Assembly (NCBI RefSeq): GCF_001194135.2
Contig: NC_068988.1
Location: 73,172,805 to 73,218,227, forward strand
Origin: Octopus bimaculoides
Lineage: Eukaryota
Direction of reading: 5' to 3'
Length of the DNA: 45,423 bases
The notes below the pieces were generated by a model. The model did no database searches. It saw nothing but the letters and a program-made list of their open reading frames with translations, and was not told the DNA's origin. Both the position numbers and the translations under genes were made by a program. Every line of letters begins with the position of its first letter. The stretch's first letter is position 1. This document shows, in pieces, positions 23,614 through 34,480 of the stretch.

Positions 23614-25488
23614 TTCCAATCAGGGGTGGATAACACCTTATAGGAAAGCCCTATAGCTGAAACTAGATTTCTGATATGTTAAACTTGTAGAAAAGGTAAC
23701 AACTACAACAATATTGAGAAGAAAAAAACACCCACGCAGCATTCCTAGCGATCCCGACAACTCACTATCACCACAAACATGGGCCACTTTCTGCCGCAAA
23801 TTCAAAACAACAGTATTTCACAAATAAAACTTAACCTAATGAACCCATTATTTTGTTGTTTATACATCCATTACTTCCTTTTGACCACTCCATTATCGCC
23901 CCATTTTTCTTCAACGCAGCCCTCACCCCTCGGATCTTTCCACCCCTCCCAAAGGGGCAGTACTGCTCACTTTGGGAACCACTGACTTAAACTGTGCTAA
24001 AATCAATGAATGAAGCATTTCTTTTAAAACAGATGATCCAATTTAATTAAACCATTACACGACTATCCTATTCAAAGATACAAAATGTAAACATAGTTAA
24101 TGTCACTAAGGAAGTGACTAAGTAGCTTCCAGATGGATAATGTCCAAATATATATACGATCACATGCACTCGTGCAGTGACTCTCAAACCGACAAATACA
24201 AGTACTCTCTCAAAAAATATTAGCGAAGAGTTTGCATCAGTATAATTCTTACTTCCCATAGTGTTGAACAAGTTTAAATCTATCTCAACTTTATTAAGCA
24301 TAGTTAATTTGTACGTCCCCTTATTAATTTTAACAACCTCCAACTCCTATCAGAAACACTGCACAAGCGTAGCCTGAATGGGGAGGAAAAAGCAAACGGC
24401 TTGGGTGGTGTTTTTTGAGAAAGAGGTAGGGACAGTCGTTTACATATGTATCATTGAACTTTTCTTAAGATGAGTGCAGATGGAATTTAAGGATCACGCC
24501 GGGCGACACAAACTCTAGCTATACCACTAATCATATGTGACAGTAACACATATCGTTTCACACAGACAATACCCCGTAGTTACATTTTTTTCTAAAGCCA
24601 AACTATATCAAAACGATTTCTAGAAGAAATAAAAAATATGCCATGACAAGTATTGAATATTTTATACATTTTTATGGAAGTTGTATAAATACCTGGTTTA
24701 TTTAAGACAATAGAATCCTTTAATTCGCAATGCTTTTTCTTTTCTCTTTAACCTTTTTTATTACTTGAAACCGAGATTAACATGAAGTTTAGTGGTTTCT
24801 AAGGGAAAAGAAACAAAAAAAAAAACATGAAAGTAAATTCATCAGAAGTGACATTCCATAATTTTATTTAAACAATATTTATGACATCACCATTGTATGG
24901 AACGTACATGTATAACATGAAAATCTCACAGAAAATGTATAGAAAATGAAAACGGTTACGCTGGGCATAATAGATGAAACAGAGTACCACAGTTGCTATT
25001 TCTGAAAGACTTAAGATATCTCTAGAAAGTGCTATACAAGTAGGTGCTTGTGGGCATAATGAGGGAGTTCTGTTTATAAAAGGATTTCACCAGTTCTATT
25101 TATGAAATAATGTTAATCGAAACCTAATTGTGGTTAAAGGAAATCAAGAGGTAATAAATAGATATTATTGCCAAGTTTATAACATGATCGAATCCAAAGA
25201 TGCAGTCATCAGTTACCGACTATGATGATGATAATACTTAATTTCAGCTCAGCCCTACAAATATTTAAGAAATTAGTATAGTCTGACGTGTCACTCAGCA
25301 TATAATTACTCTCTTGTCTTATTCCATTGATGTATTACTGACTTCAGAGAGGCAAAAAGCAAACTGATTCGTCCGGATTTGTACTTCGCACGTAATTAAA
25401 TACTGCAAAGTATAATTGTGGGGATTGTTTCTGATTTCACATTCTGCTTGTATGTATTTTCAAACTCTACATATTCTCACCACATGTA

Positions 25489-26095
25489 CAAGGTCTGTTC
25501 AGAAAGTATCCGACTTTATTTTTCCTTGTCAAAACTAATGCCGCGTGACCAAAATCCTTTGGGTGGGAGATGATGTCACACTTCCTGCGTATATATGGAA
25601 AGTTTCGCGCCAGTAGGCTGTGTCAATTCCTGGGTGTTATGTCTATAGTACAGACGTGTAGTGCGCACTCGTTGGATTCGCGTTTTCACGCAAGATGACA
25701 GAACACATCGAGCAGATACCGTAAACCCATGTCTCATCACCAGTGGTGATGGTCTTCATGTAGTCTGGGACGTGGTATGCAGTCCGGCATGTTCGGAACA
25801 ATTTCTATGCGAAGTTGCTTCGCCAATACCTTTGGAACGAATTTCACCGACATTCTCCGCATGCATAAATCTTCTGCCAAAATGGAATGCACTGACGCTC
25901 TGCTTATTCCCACTTCCTGAACAATTTCCTGCATTGTTATAGTCTTCCAAGATTTTGCCGAACCTTCTCAATCGGTACCTCGTTTCAGCTTGTGGATGGC
26001 CTGCTTGAGCGTGCCTCGCTCTCCACTGAGGTGCGGATATGTTTGAAGCGGTTGTACCACTCCTTGATCTGAGTTTTGACCATGGCGTCATCGTC
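25489..26095. mobile_element. Mariner relic with internal inversion: 5' end on +, transposase N-half on -
   Basis: TA|CAAGGTCTGTTCAGAAAGTATCCGAC terminus. ATG at 25695 (MTEHIEQ). From ~25716 the minus strand encodes DDAMVKTQIKEWYNRFK...RSSRPSTS...VGIS..SVHSIL.EDL.MRR....FVPK...TGDETWVYG. Confidence 0.88.
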
Positions 26096-26249
26096 AGGGG
26101 CATCTATAACTACAGAGATACGTTTTACCCGCACTTTCCATAGCCTCTGTAACCCAATGGCTAGATTCTAGTACTTTGCTGTTTTCTTTATACGCCTCAC
26201 ATTGACTTTGTCATCATTTGTGACTGTAAAATCAATTATCCGGCACTTT

Positions 26250-26735
26250 CTATTCTCTTTGTCTACTACTACTGTGCTGCTGTTCCTGCATTAAATAGAT
26301 TAACATTAATTTATTGTTTTCCATGTGGATGACATCTCTGAATTTGTTACACTTCCTGCAAGTTGAATCTATAAGCTGGTTTCGATTCCTACTCTTTTGA
26401 TGCTTTTTTTCCTTCTTTATTTGCTGAGTCTGGAAGAAGATAATATCCATGACTTTTGTAGGCTGTCCAAGACTGGTGAACATGACGTCGTTAATGTTGC
26501 ATTTAAACTGTTGGAGGTCAAAACTTGAAGTAAAAACCAGAGCAGAGATAAGATTCCAGAGGGCGAGTGAAAATGGATAGATGTAAACTAGGTAGAAGTC
26601 ATTGCCAGGTGTAACATAACCACCTGATTTGCAGGCGCGTTTAGAGGAGTCTATTCTGTCGCAAACGTTAAGGCTAGCCTCTGGTTTCAGGATAACTGAA
26701 CATCTTGATGCCCTACATCCTACTGCAATAACTCT
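26250..26735 (-). other. 161-codon stop-free frame, possibly a decayed LINE APE-endonuclease region or unknown exon
   Basis: Hand translation extends the listed 77-aa ORF by 84 codons (RVIAVGCRASRCSVILKPEASLNVCDRIDS...FYLVYIYPFSLALWNLIS...). The resemblance to APE is only loose. Confidence 0.3.
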
Positions 26736-27266
26736 TCAGTCATGGTTTTACTCCCTTTCTCCATGCCAATGTCTGAGCTTTCAAAGGTTGTGCTGAAATC
26801 TTCGTAATTTCTGTGCCCATACATGTATCACAGCAGACAGGGTAGACGATTTTATTTTAATCAACAATATACTGTTTACTGATATAATTTATTGTTATTA
26901 TAGACTATGGTATTGATCCAGTTGATAACAACTTTTGTTTCTCTATACATACACATTATTGATAGACAAGGACCTGTTGCGGTTCAAACCCCAAACACAA
27001 AATTATATGTTCTATGAACCATACCATTTTCACATGAACAACCTAAAAGTCGATCAATCAGCTTGAAACCATGTCATGAACATCATTTTCAATGTTCTTG
27101 AGATTCGCGCCCTTTTTTTTTTTACTAGTTAAGTTGTTTGGCATTGAGATCATCCCTGAACACTGTTAGCGTTTCAAGCAGAACAGATCTCGGCTCTCAC
27201 CTGGCAAGTCAACAAAAACCCCTCAAATTTCGGTGGACCCATGTCTTTTTGTCTCTCATTTTCCAG

Positions 27267-27336
27267 ATATCTAATGGCTGAGCAAATACATTTAAGTCTA
27301 TCCCTACATCCAAGTATCGTTACCAGTGAGGATTTG
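27267..27336 (+). CDS. Candidate upstream exon with ATG, in frame with the KLF6/7 exon (MAEQIHLSLSLHPSIVTSEDL)
   Basis: Strong acceptor tgtctttttgtctctcattttccag|, ATG at 27274, phase-0 donor TTG|gtaatt. No homology evidence. Confidence 0.3.
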
Positions 27337-28880
27337 GTAATTTATGTATGTATACATGCTTAACCTTCCCTTAATAAAATCGGTTGTTAAATGTTCACAG
27401 GTTTGCTGTTATAATATACCCAGCTAGCTGGGTATATTAATACAGCACATCAACATCAATTTTGACAATGATATAACACACTTCAATACCAAACCGTGAC
27501 AGACCATTAGAAATAGAAAAAAAGCAGCAAGAAAAAGACGAAGACGCCATCATCAAAAAGAAAATAGAGATAGAGCGAAGAAAGTAAAATGATAGAGACG
27601 AAGTGGAAATCCGAAACTCCCAGTGGATATGAAAGCATCTGGTGTATGCTAGTGAGGAAACTCTTACATGAAGAGGTCGAAGAGAAAACAATACCAGGCG
27701 ACTCAGTTAGTGTACACTGATGAGGACATTATTGTACGAATTTTTCAAGAACAAATGCAATGACACAATCTCGAAGAAATGTGCATGTAAGAAGGAAATG
27801 GATGTCTACTAGAATAGCAGTGAGATCATCTTCCTGTCACCCCTTGTGCTTTCATGATAATACGGAGGTATCAAAGGAAATTGAAAGTTATTTTGAAGGT
27901 AATTTTCTGCAAACAGACAGGTATTAGTTATGTTCGATAGATATAATTTGTCTTGAACGCCAAGTTTATTTATAGATAGAGGAGTGCAAAGTGGCTCGAC
28001 TTCACCAAATTGGCTTTAAATAGAAGCTTGGTTTTAAACAGAGCTAGTGTAATACACATAAAGTTGAAGATATTGTGTATTACCTTCCGTCGATCAGACC
28101 AAATCAACTTCTCACTATACAGTGTTCATTGTTTAATTTTACATCTTTCATTCAAATGTTCAAACTGGCCATTGAATTTACATTACACATTTAAATGAAA
28201 AGCCTCTAACACTTCCACTGCACCCGTTGTATGGGTATCCTGACTACATTTACAAATCGCATACAATTTCACTTAACAATTGTGACACAGCATTTCAGTT
28301 TGCTCATTAGTTAATGTTCTACAAGAAATTATGATCCTCTACTGCTTCTGAAATAGTAGCCATTTTCTTTGAAACAGGAGAAAATAATAGGAAAACATTT
28401 AGTGGAAAAATAGTCGCTCAGAAAAGCATTGATTTCTGCAATGATGATGACAACCTGTACAATTATCCAATGCTGTTCCTAAATTACAGCTGTTACTTTG
28501 GTAGAGTACCCGCCTCTATACATTGACTTCCAAAAAGTTGTGTGTTGCAATGCTATAGCGAAATTTAATTAAAGCTAACGGGCTTTTCAATAAGATCAAG
28601 AATACCACTAGCACACTTGATGAATGCATGTTTGAAAGCAATATTGTAAGAGATTAACGTTTTGGAAACGTGCCAAGAATTAAACTGATATCTTCTGACA
28701 CTACTCCGCCAGTCACCCTTACGCATTTACATCTTTAGTTCAACTAGTTTTTCGGAATGATTGTCAATATATCTCAATGTTAGTTACTGAATAAATAGGC
28801 TCGTTCTACCCAACTGATCTATTTGTGCATGGACAATTGTATTGCCTTGTCACAATCAAAACAAGTTGTTAGAACTATAT

Positions 28881-29075
28881 AGTACAAGGCCCGAAATTTT
28901 TGGGGATGGGGCCAGTCGATTAGATCGACCCCAGTACGCAACTGGTATTTAATTTATCGACCCCGAAAGGATGAAAGGCAAAGTCGACCACCGAATTTGA
29001 ACTCAGAACGTAAAGACAGATGAAATACCGCTCAGCATTTCGCCCGGCGCGCTAACGTTTCTGCCAGCTCGCCGC
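28881..29075 (-). mobile_element. SINE (second family), CpG-intact copy
   Basis: atcgaccccgaaaggatgaaaggcaaagtcgac...gcatttcgcccggcgcgctaacg. Confidence 0.88.
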
Positions 29076-29824
29076 TTTGCAGCTATAGTAATAATGTCGA
29101 AAGAACGTCGCCAGCAGTGAGCATACCAAAGTTTTCCAGTGCGATAATGTCCATAGTGGTGTGGGTGTGTTAAAGTCACCAACATTGTATACACTGAAGG
29201 TTTTCAATGTTGTAAGCTTTCATTTTAGTCTTAATTCAGATACATTTATATAGTTATTTCCTAGTTATATGCCTTTACAAGTAAGTATTAGTCTCACAAC
29301 TGCTGGCGATAAAAGCGAGAGCGTACACACGAATTTCTAAAAGAAATAGATTATCAAAATATAGAAATATAGAAATTGAAATAACCAGAATGTGGGTTTA
29401 TGAAAATCAAAGAAGTTGTTTCAGAAAATAATAAATATAAATGCAGATAAATATTTATGAAAATCCCAGAACTTAAAGAAAATATCACTACTAGTCACAT
29501 TGCACACGGACGTCGTTGAGGTGTTTCAAACTGCACACAACCAAGTCACGCAAGACTGTATTTTCAAAGATATTTTAAATACAACACTTAAAACGATTTC
29601 TCTAACAAAAAGTTATGATAAACCCTGATTATAAGTATATCATGCATTAATTGTATAGATTGTGTAAGAATTATTTGAATATGGGAACTGTATAATAATT
29701 TCCTGTATAAGAGCATATTTAATAATATCCGGCTGTGAAGGTAGAGTAATTATTAAGAAAACACAAACTTGTATAAAAATTATATGAAATAATTATCTAG
29801 TAAAATGGCTATTAATTTCCAGGT

Positions 29825-29980
29825 TTATATATACACACACGCGCGCATATATATATATATATATATTTCCCAGGTTATATACACACAGATACGCGCGCAT
29901 ATATATACGCACACACACATATGTATATGTATGTGCGCCTGTGTGTACGTATGTATGTATGTACGTATGTATGTATGTAT
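29825..29980. repeat. Compound (TA)/(CA)/(TATG)n low-complexity tract
   Basis: Directly visible; source of spurious ORFs. Confidence 0.9.
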
Positions 29981-30854
29981 GGATGTAGTTGATACATTAT
30001 CCGACGGCCGCCGCTTCAATACAAAATTTAAAATGATGGAACAGTTGTCAATTTACAACATTAGATACATATATTTGCTCTACTACATGTCTTGAGCACA
30101 CAACTTTATCGCTGCATGTATTACTACTTGCGAGCATAACCACACAAGCCAACGAGAGAACATCTATTGGTTAGTTGTCCGAGCTGCTAGAAACAGCTGT
30201 CAAATTCCCTCAAAAGATGTCACACATATTAGACAATGTAGTTGTACATAGCCCGAAGATGATCATGGATGGTATACTTCATCAGTATCGACACAGTGTT
30301 AAAAAACGACAACCAGTGCAGGCACACTCGTTCGCGTGCACACACACGAATGTGTGTGTATGTATGTTTGCATTTATGTATGTATGTATTTTATCAATCA
30401 GTTTCATGTCTGTTTGTCTGTATGTATGTATGTATTACCTACATATATATGCATGTGTGTGTGTGTGTGAATAAGAGTCCGATTTATATATTTATTTGCA
30501 AGACAAGTTATTGACATATCTTAGCGCTGCTACTTCAGACGGATAACAGCGTATATCATTAAATACCAGCCGATATCTTCTATCCGTAGACAAGGAATAT
30601 TTTATGTGTATTCTCAGTAGATTTGGTGATTGCAACTAGAACTACATAAAGATATTTCATTACATAAAGTAAAAACGCAACATTTCTTTGTGATGGTATA
30701 TAAATAAATAGCATATTTTTTCAGGGTTATGGACGTGTATCAAACATTAAATGTTGAAGCCGTTAATTAGAATATCATCTTAAATTCGATGCAAGGGGGA
30801 AAACAGCAACAACTACAGCATTATGCTCTACATAGAATAAATCCGTCATTGACT

Positions 30855-30953
30855 GTTGTCATGGAAACGTATCATCAGACTAGTTAATATATCGTGCTGA
30901 GAAGAGCAGTAGATTTAGAAAGTTTCTTTTTCTCTAGTTACTGTAATGAGTCA
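30855..30953. promoter_or_regulatory. Candidate KLF6/7 proximal elements: RFX X-box-like and AP-1 site
   Basis: GTTGTCATGGAAAC at 30855-30868 (1 mismatch to GTTGCCATGGAAAC) and TGAGTCA at 30947-30953, ~0.6-0.7 kb upstream of the ATG in non-repetitive, CpG-retaining DNA. Confidence 0.4.
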
Positions 30954-31527
30954 GCTCTAGTGACGAAACAACTTGCAAGCGTTACAATGAGTTATATATC
31001 TAACTAGTGAAGCAGTGGGAAAGAGTGTATGAGAGATGATAAGAGAAAGATAGAGACGTTTAGAAGGGCGATAAAAAGAGAAAAGTGAAAAGAGAAAAGA
31101 GGAAAGATGTTTGGGATAGTCTTTCAGCTTCAACAAATTATGCAAATTTGTGGCTTATAAAAAAAAGTTAGTGATAACTGATTGGATAAAACGATTCTGA
31201 AATTTGACAATGTTATGTAAGGTATAATTTCATTGGTCAATATAAGTAGAATATTTTCAATAGTAAATTGTATGTTTTACACGTGATCTAATTGCCAGTG
31301 ATCACTTGAGCGAAGCGAAAACAGGCCGAATCAGAACCGTGTCTGCACATAGTTGCTTCTACCTCATACTCTTCCCTCCCTTATGTCTATTTTTTACTCC
31401 AGATACCTGCTATCTAATATCACCTTTAGCACAAATTCTGTCCCTCACTCCCTCTCAAGTCCTGCGCTTTCACCTTCACCAAGTGTCATTTTGGCATTAA
31501 TTTATAGCAGCCGCTTACATAGTTCAG

Positions 31528-31647
31528 ATGCCCGAAGATATTGCCATGGATATATTACCAAGTGGAAATATTTTCCGAGAACTTCAGGTTGTGCATGAGA
31601 CGGGCTACTTTTCATCTCAGCCATCCCTAGAAGACCGTTGGCAACAG
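31528..31647 (+). CDS. KLF6/7: First conserved coding exon of a Kruppel-like factor 6/7 (luna) orthologue, N-terminal acidic activation domain
   Basis: (MPEDIA)[34 protein letters not shown] vs recalled human KLF6 [34 protein letters not shown] (24/34 identical by hand). ATG at 31546 has perfect Kozak GCCATGG. Donor CAG|GTATGT follows 31647 (phase 0). In-frame TAA at 31498. Confidence 0.93.
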
Positions 31648-32101
31648 GTATGTTTATTACTGTCACCACAAGTTTTATTGATACACGCACCAACACAGCG
31701 GTTCGACTTCTCTATCAACCATTTATGACGCTTTCTCATAACATTTTCCACATTAAACAACAGTTGACCGTGTCAGTCTCATCCTAAGATATTTCACCGA
31801 TCTTCACTACATAAATTGCATTTATCATCAATCTTGTCACCACTAACGATCTGTCTGTCTGTCTCCGTCGCCCTCTTTCTCCTCATCTCTCTATCTATGC
31901 GAAAAGCCCCAGTTACATTCAGACTAAATTTAAAAAATCTTTTTGGGATGTTTGTGTTCGTACGCACTTATGTGTGTATATATGTGTGTTGTGTGCGTAT
32001 GCGTGTATGTGTCTGAAGTGAGATCACACTTCAGATTCGCGTATGCGCAATCAGCAGCATACAATAAATATTTACACATTTTTGGATTGAGTAATTTTTA
32101 T

Positions 32102-32135
<34 letters not shown>

Positions 32136-32409
32136 CACTACTACTATTCACACACGCGCGCGCGCGGAGAAAAAGAGAAAAATTTTATGTGCGTGTTTGT
32201 GTATGACTGACAACGTTTTTAGAGAGAGAGAGAGACATTGTCAATACTGACATATATTGGTGGTGATATGTTTTGGTGTACGCACGCACGCACGCACACA
32301 CACACCAGTGATGTTGTGTATGTGTAGTGTGTATAAAAATTACACATACACACACATGTAATGCACCTGAGCGTAGTATGCAATAAACACATTATTGTTA
32401 TTATTAACA

Positions 32410-32669
32410 CAGAGTATTGGATTGGTAAAGCGTTGGAGTATCAGGATAAAATACTTTGGGGGTATTCTTCCGTCTCTATATTCTGAGTTCAAATTCCGTT
32501 CAGGTCAACTTTGCTTTTCCTCCTTTCGGGCTTGGTAAAATAAAGTACCAGTCGAAGTGCCATCGACAACCTCCTCCTCAAAGTGCTGGCCCTCTGTCTA
32601 AATTTAAAACAATTGTCATTATTGCCCTCACAAAAAAATTTCAGGCCTTGTGCCTTTAGTAGAAAGGAA

Positions 32670-32701
<32 letters not shown>

Positions 32702-33500
32702 GGGTGGAGATAGAATTGTTGCTTTGTAGCAAGTTTGTTGAAAGGTGGGAGAATGTTGGAAGAATAGCCAGTGTGAAAAGACCAATTCTGAGCATGCACA
32801 TTTAAAAAAAAAAAAGAAGGGCTCTTGCCCTGTTGTTTAGGCACCCGTGGATTCTGTGGGTTTTTCCACGAGGACTTTAAAACTCCTGTTCGGAGTTTTA
32901 ATTTGTTCGATTTTTATTGTTATTACATAGTGTACACGCAAAAACCCATTGTATCGTCCTGTTTTAGTCGTTTATGTTATAGTATGTCATTTAATGTTTT
33001 GTATGTGAGCCCTTGTGGCTAATAAAAGAATAAATTATTATTATTATTATTATTATTATGCGGCGAGTTAGCAGAATCGTTAGCACGCCGGACAAAATGC
33101 TTAGCGGCATTTTGTCAGTCTTTACATTCTGAGTTCAAATTCGCCGAGATCGACTTAGTCTTTCATCTTTTCGGGATCGATAAAATAAGTACCAGTTCTC
33201 TACTGGAGTCGTTGTAATCGACTATCCCCTTCTCCCAAAATTTCAGGCCTGTGACTATAGTAAAATGAATTATTATTATTATTATTAAGGCGGCGAGCGT
33301 TCAGAATCGTTAGCAAGTTGAGAAAAATGTTTAGCGGCATTTCGTCCGTCCTTACGTTCTGATTTCAAATTCCACCGAGGTCGACTTTCCCTTTCATCCT
33401 TTCGGGGTCGATAAAATAAGTATCAGTTGAGTTCTGGGGTCGATGTAAGCGACTATCCCCCTCCCCCAAAATTTCAGACCTGGTGTCTATAGTAGAAAGG
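32410..33500 (+). mobile_element. Cluster of three SINE copies (32410-32670, 33060-33270, 33289-33500) separated by (ATT)n
   Basis: Repeated gcggcgag...gcagaatcgttagcac head and ttcatcctttcggggtcgataaaataag core, each ending gtagaaagga/att repeats. Confidence 0.88.
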
Positions 33501-33539
33501 ATTATTATTATTATTATTATTATTGAAAACCCTTAAATT

Positions 33540-33980
33540 CCAAGGACCTGGATTCCAAATTGGTGGTTTTGGACTAATGATCCTGAGAGAAGCAGTATGA
33601 CCTAACTTCTTCAGATGTCTGGAAGCTTCCCAGAGGTTGTTTCAGTCTCTGTTACTTGTGAGGAATTAGAACTATATTTTAGATGCATGGCATGACTGTG
33701 TGGGGCTGGTGCATAGGAGAAATGGTTGAAGAAGCATTGAAAAATAGTTCAGAAGTTTCCAATTGTGAGGTAGATACTGTCTGATGTATCATTGTGGATA
33801 TGAAACAACCATAACAGGTCATTGAGTTCTTACTTAGAGTAATTGTTGGACTAATGGGTAGAGATAGTAGGACATCCATCGTTCAAACTAGTCAGATACA
33901 CAGACTACAAATTTGTAATCTAGTCTGTCAGCTTAGATAGGACCCATAGATCTTGTTGAAGATGACCGTGTTGTTACTGG
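33540..33980 (-). mobile_element. Degenerate LINE endonuclease-like fragment
   Basis: Broken minus-strand frames with APE-like composition; family not resolvable. Confidence 0.35.
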
Positions 33981-34099
33981 CTCAAGTAGTAATGGAGACA
34001 ATCATCAATAATTAGTGCCCTGGACAGGGTGATTAGATTAGAATTGATAGCTTAGAATTAGAATTGATAGCTCAGAATTAGATCAGAATTGATAGCAAA

Positions 34100-34480
34100 A
34101 AGCTAGCAAATGAGAGAAACGATGGTAGGAGAACTAGTTAGCAATTTAGAAGAGGCGATAAGTAAAGACATTACAATCAATGTGCTAATGGTGAGAATAA
34201 CTCTTGACCATTTCTTCAACACAAAACACAAAAGTTGCATTGCAAGAGCAAAGGCTTTTGCAGTGAAGCATAAAGAAGCAAAAGCTATCCAAGTAATGGT
34301 GGCATGATCTTTGACAGACCAGATGGACATATGCTACTTGATTCCAAGCAGATGTATGCAGGGTGATTGGTTGGAAACAGTGATAGTAGATCTTAGTGAC
34401 TGCCTTGAAGGCTTGCTATGGCCTTTGGCAGAACTAAAATGTAGGAGGAGATGAGTGGTTGTACAAGGAGCAAATCACCA
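34100..34480 (+). mobile_element. Tx1/L1 ORF2 linker fragment
   Basis: KHKSCIARAKAFAVKHK...VDLSDCLEGL resembles the inter-domain region of the same clade seen at 12.1-12.5 kb. Confidence 0.5.

Larger units (their letters stand above)
22842..23651 (+). mobile_element. Non-autonomous TIR DNA transposon carrying SAP and SWIM domain remnants (YqaJ/lambda-exonuclease-type accessory gene)
   Basis: TATA|GGGCTTTCCTATAAG ... CTTATAGGAAAGCCC|TATA. ATG at 22948 gives LTVPELKKYLRLYGQYVTGRKADLTERLK (SAP). After the gap: HCIVRCLVIPS...PDHRVWV..SNVTGNVHSADCNC...ACVHV (CxC...CxH SWIM). Confidence 0.8.

Noticed and set aside
28200-28880. Possible decayed transposase or helicase coding sequence
   Set aside because: No frame gave a motif I could name.
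29108-29309. 11-bp inverted repeat (tcgccagcagt / actgctggcga) and a 16-nt AG/GT-bounded micro-exon at 29265-29280
   Set aside because: Too short to distinguish from chance; no TSD or supporting frame.
31353-31598. 81-aa ORF overlapping the KLF exon in another frame
   Set aside because: Non-ATG start, low-complexity Ser/Pro content and no homology; the KLF frame explains the conservation.
32410-33500. Regularly repeated units that might suggest a CRISPR-like array
   Set aside because: Units are ~200-bp SINEs without short repeat-spacer structure; eukaryotic context and no cas genes.
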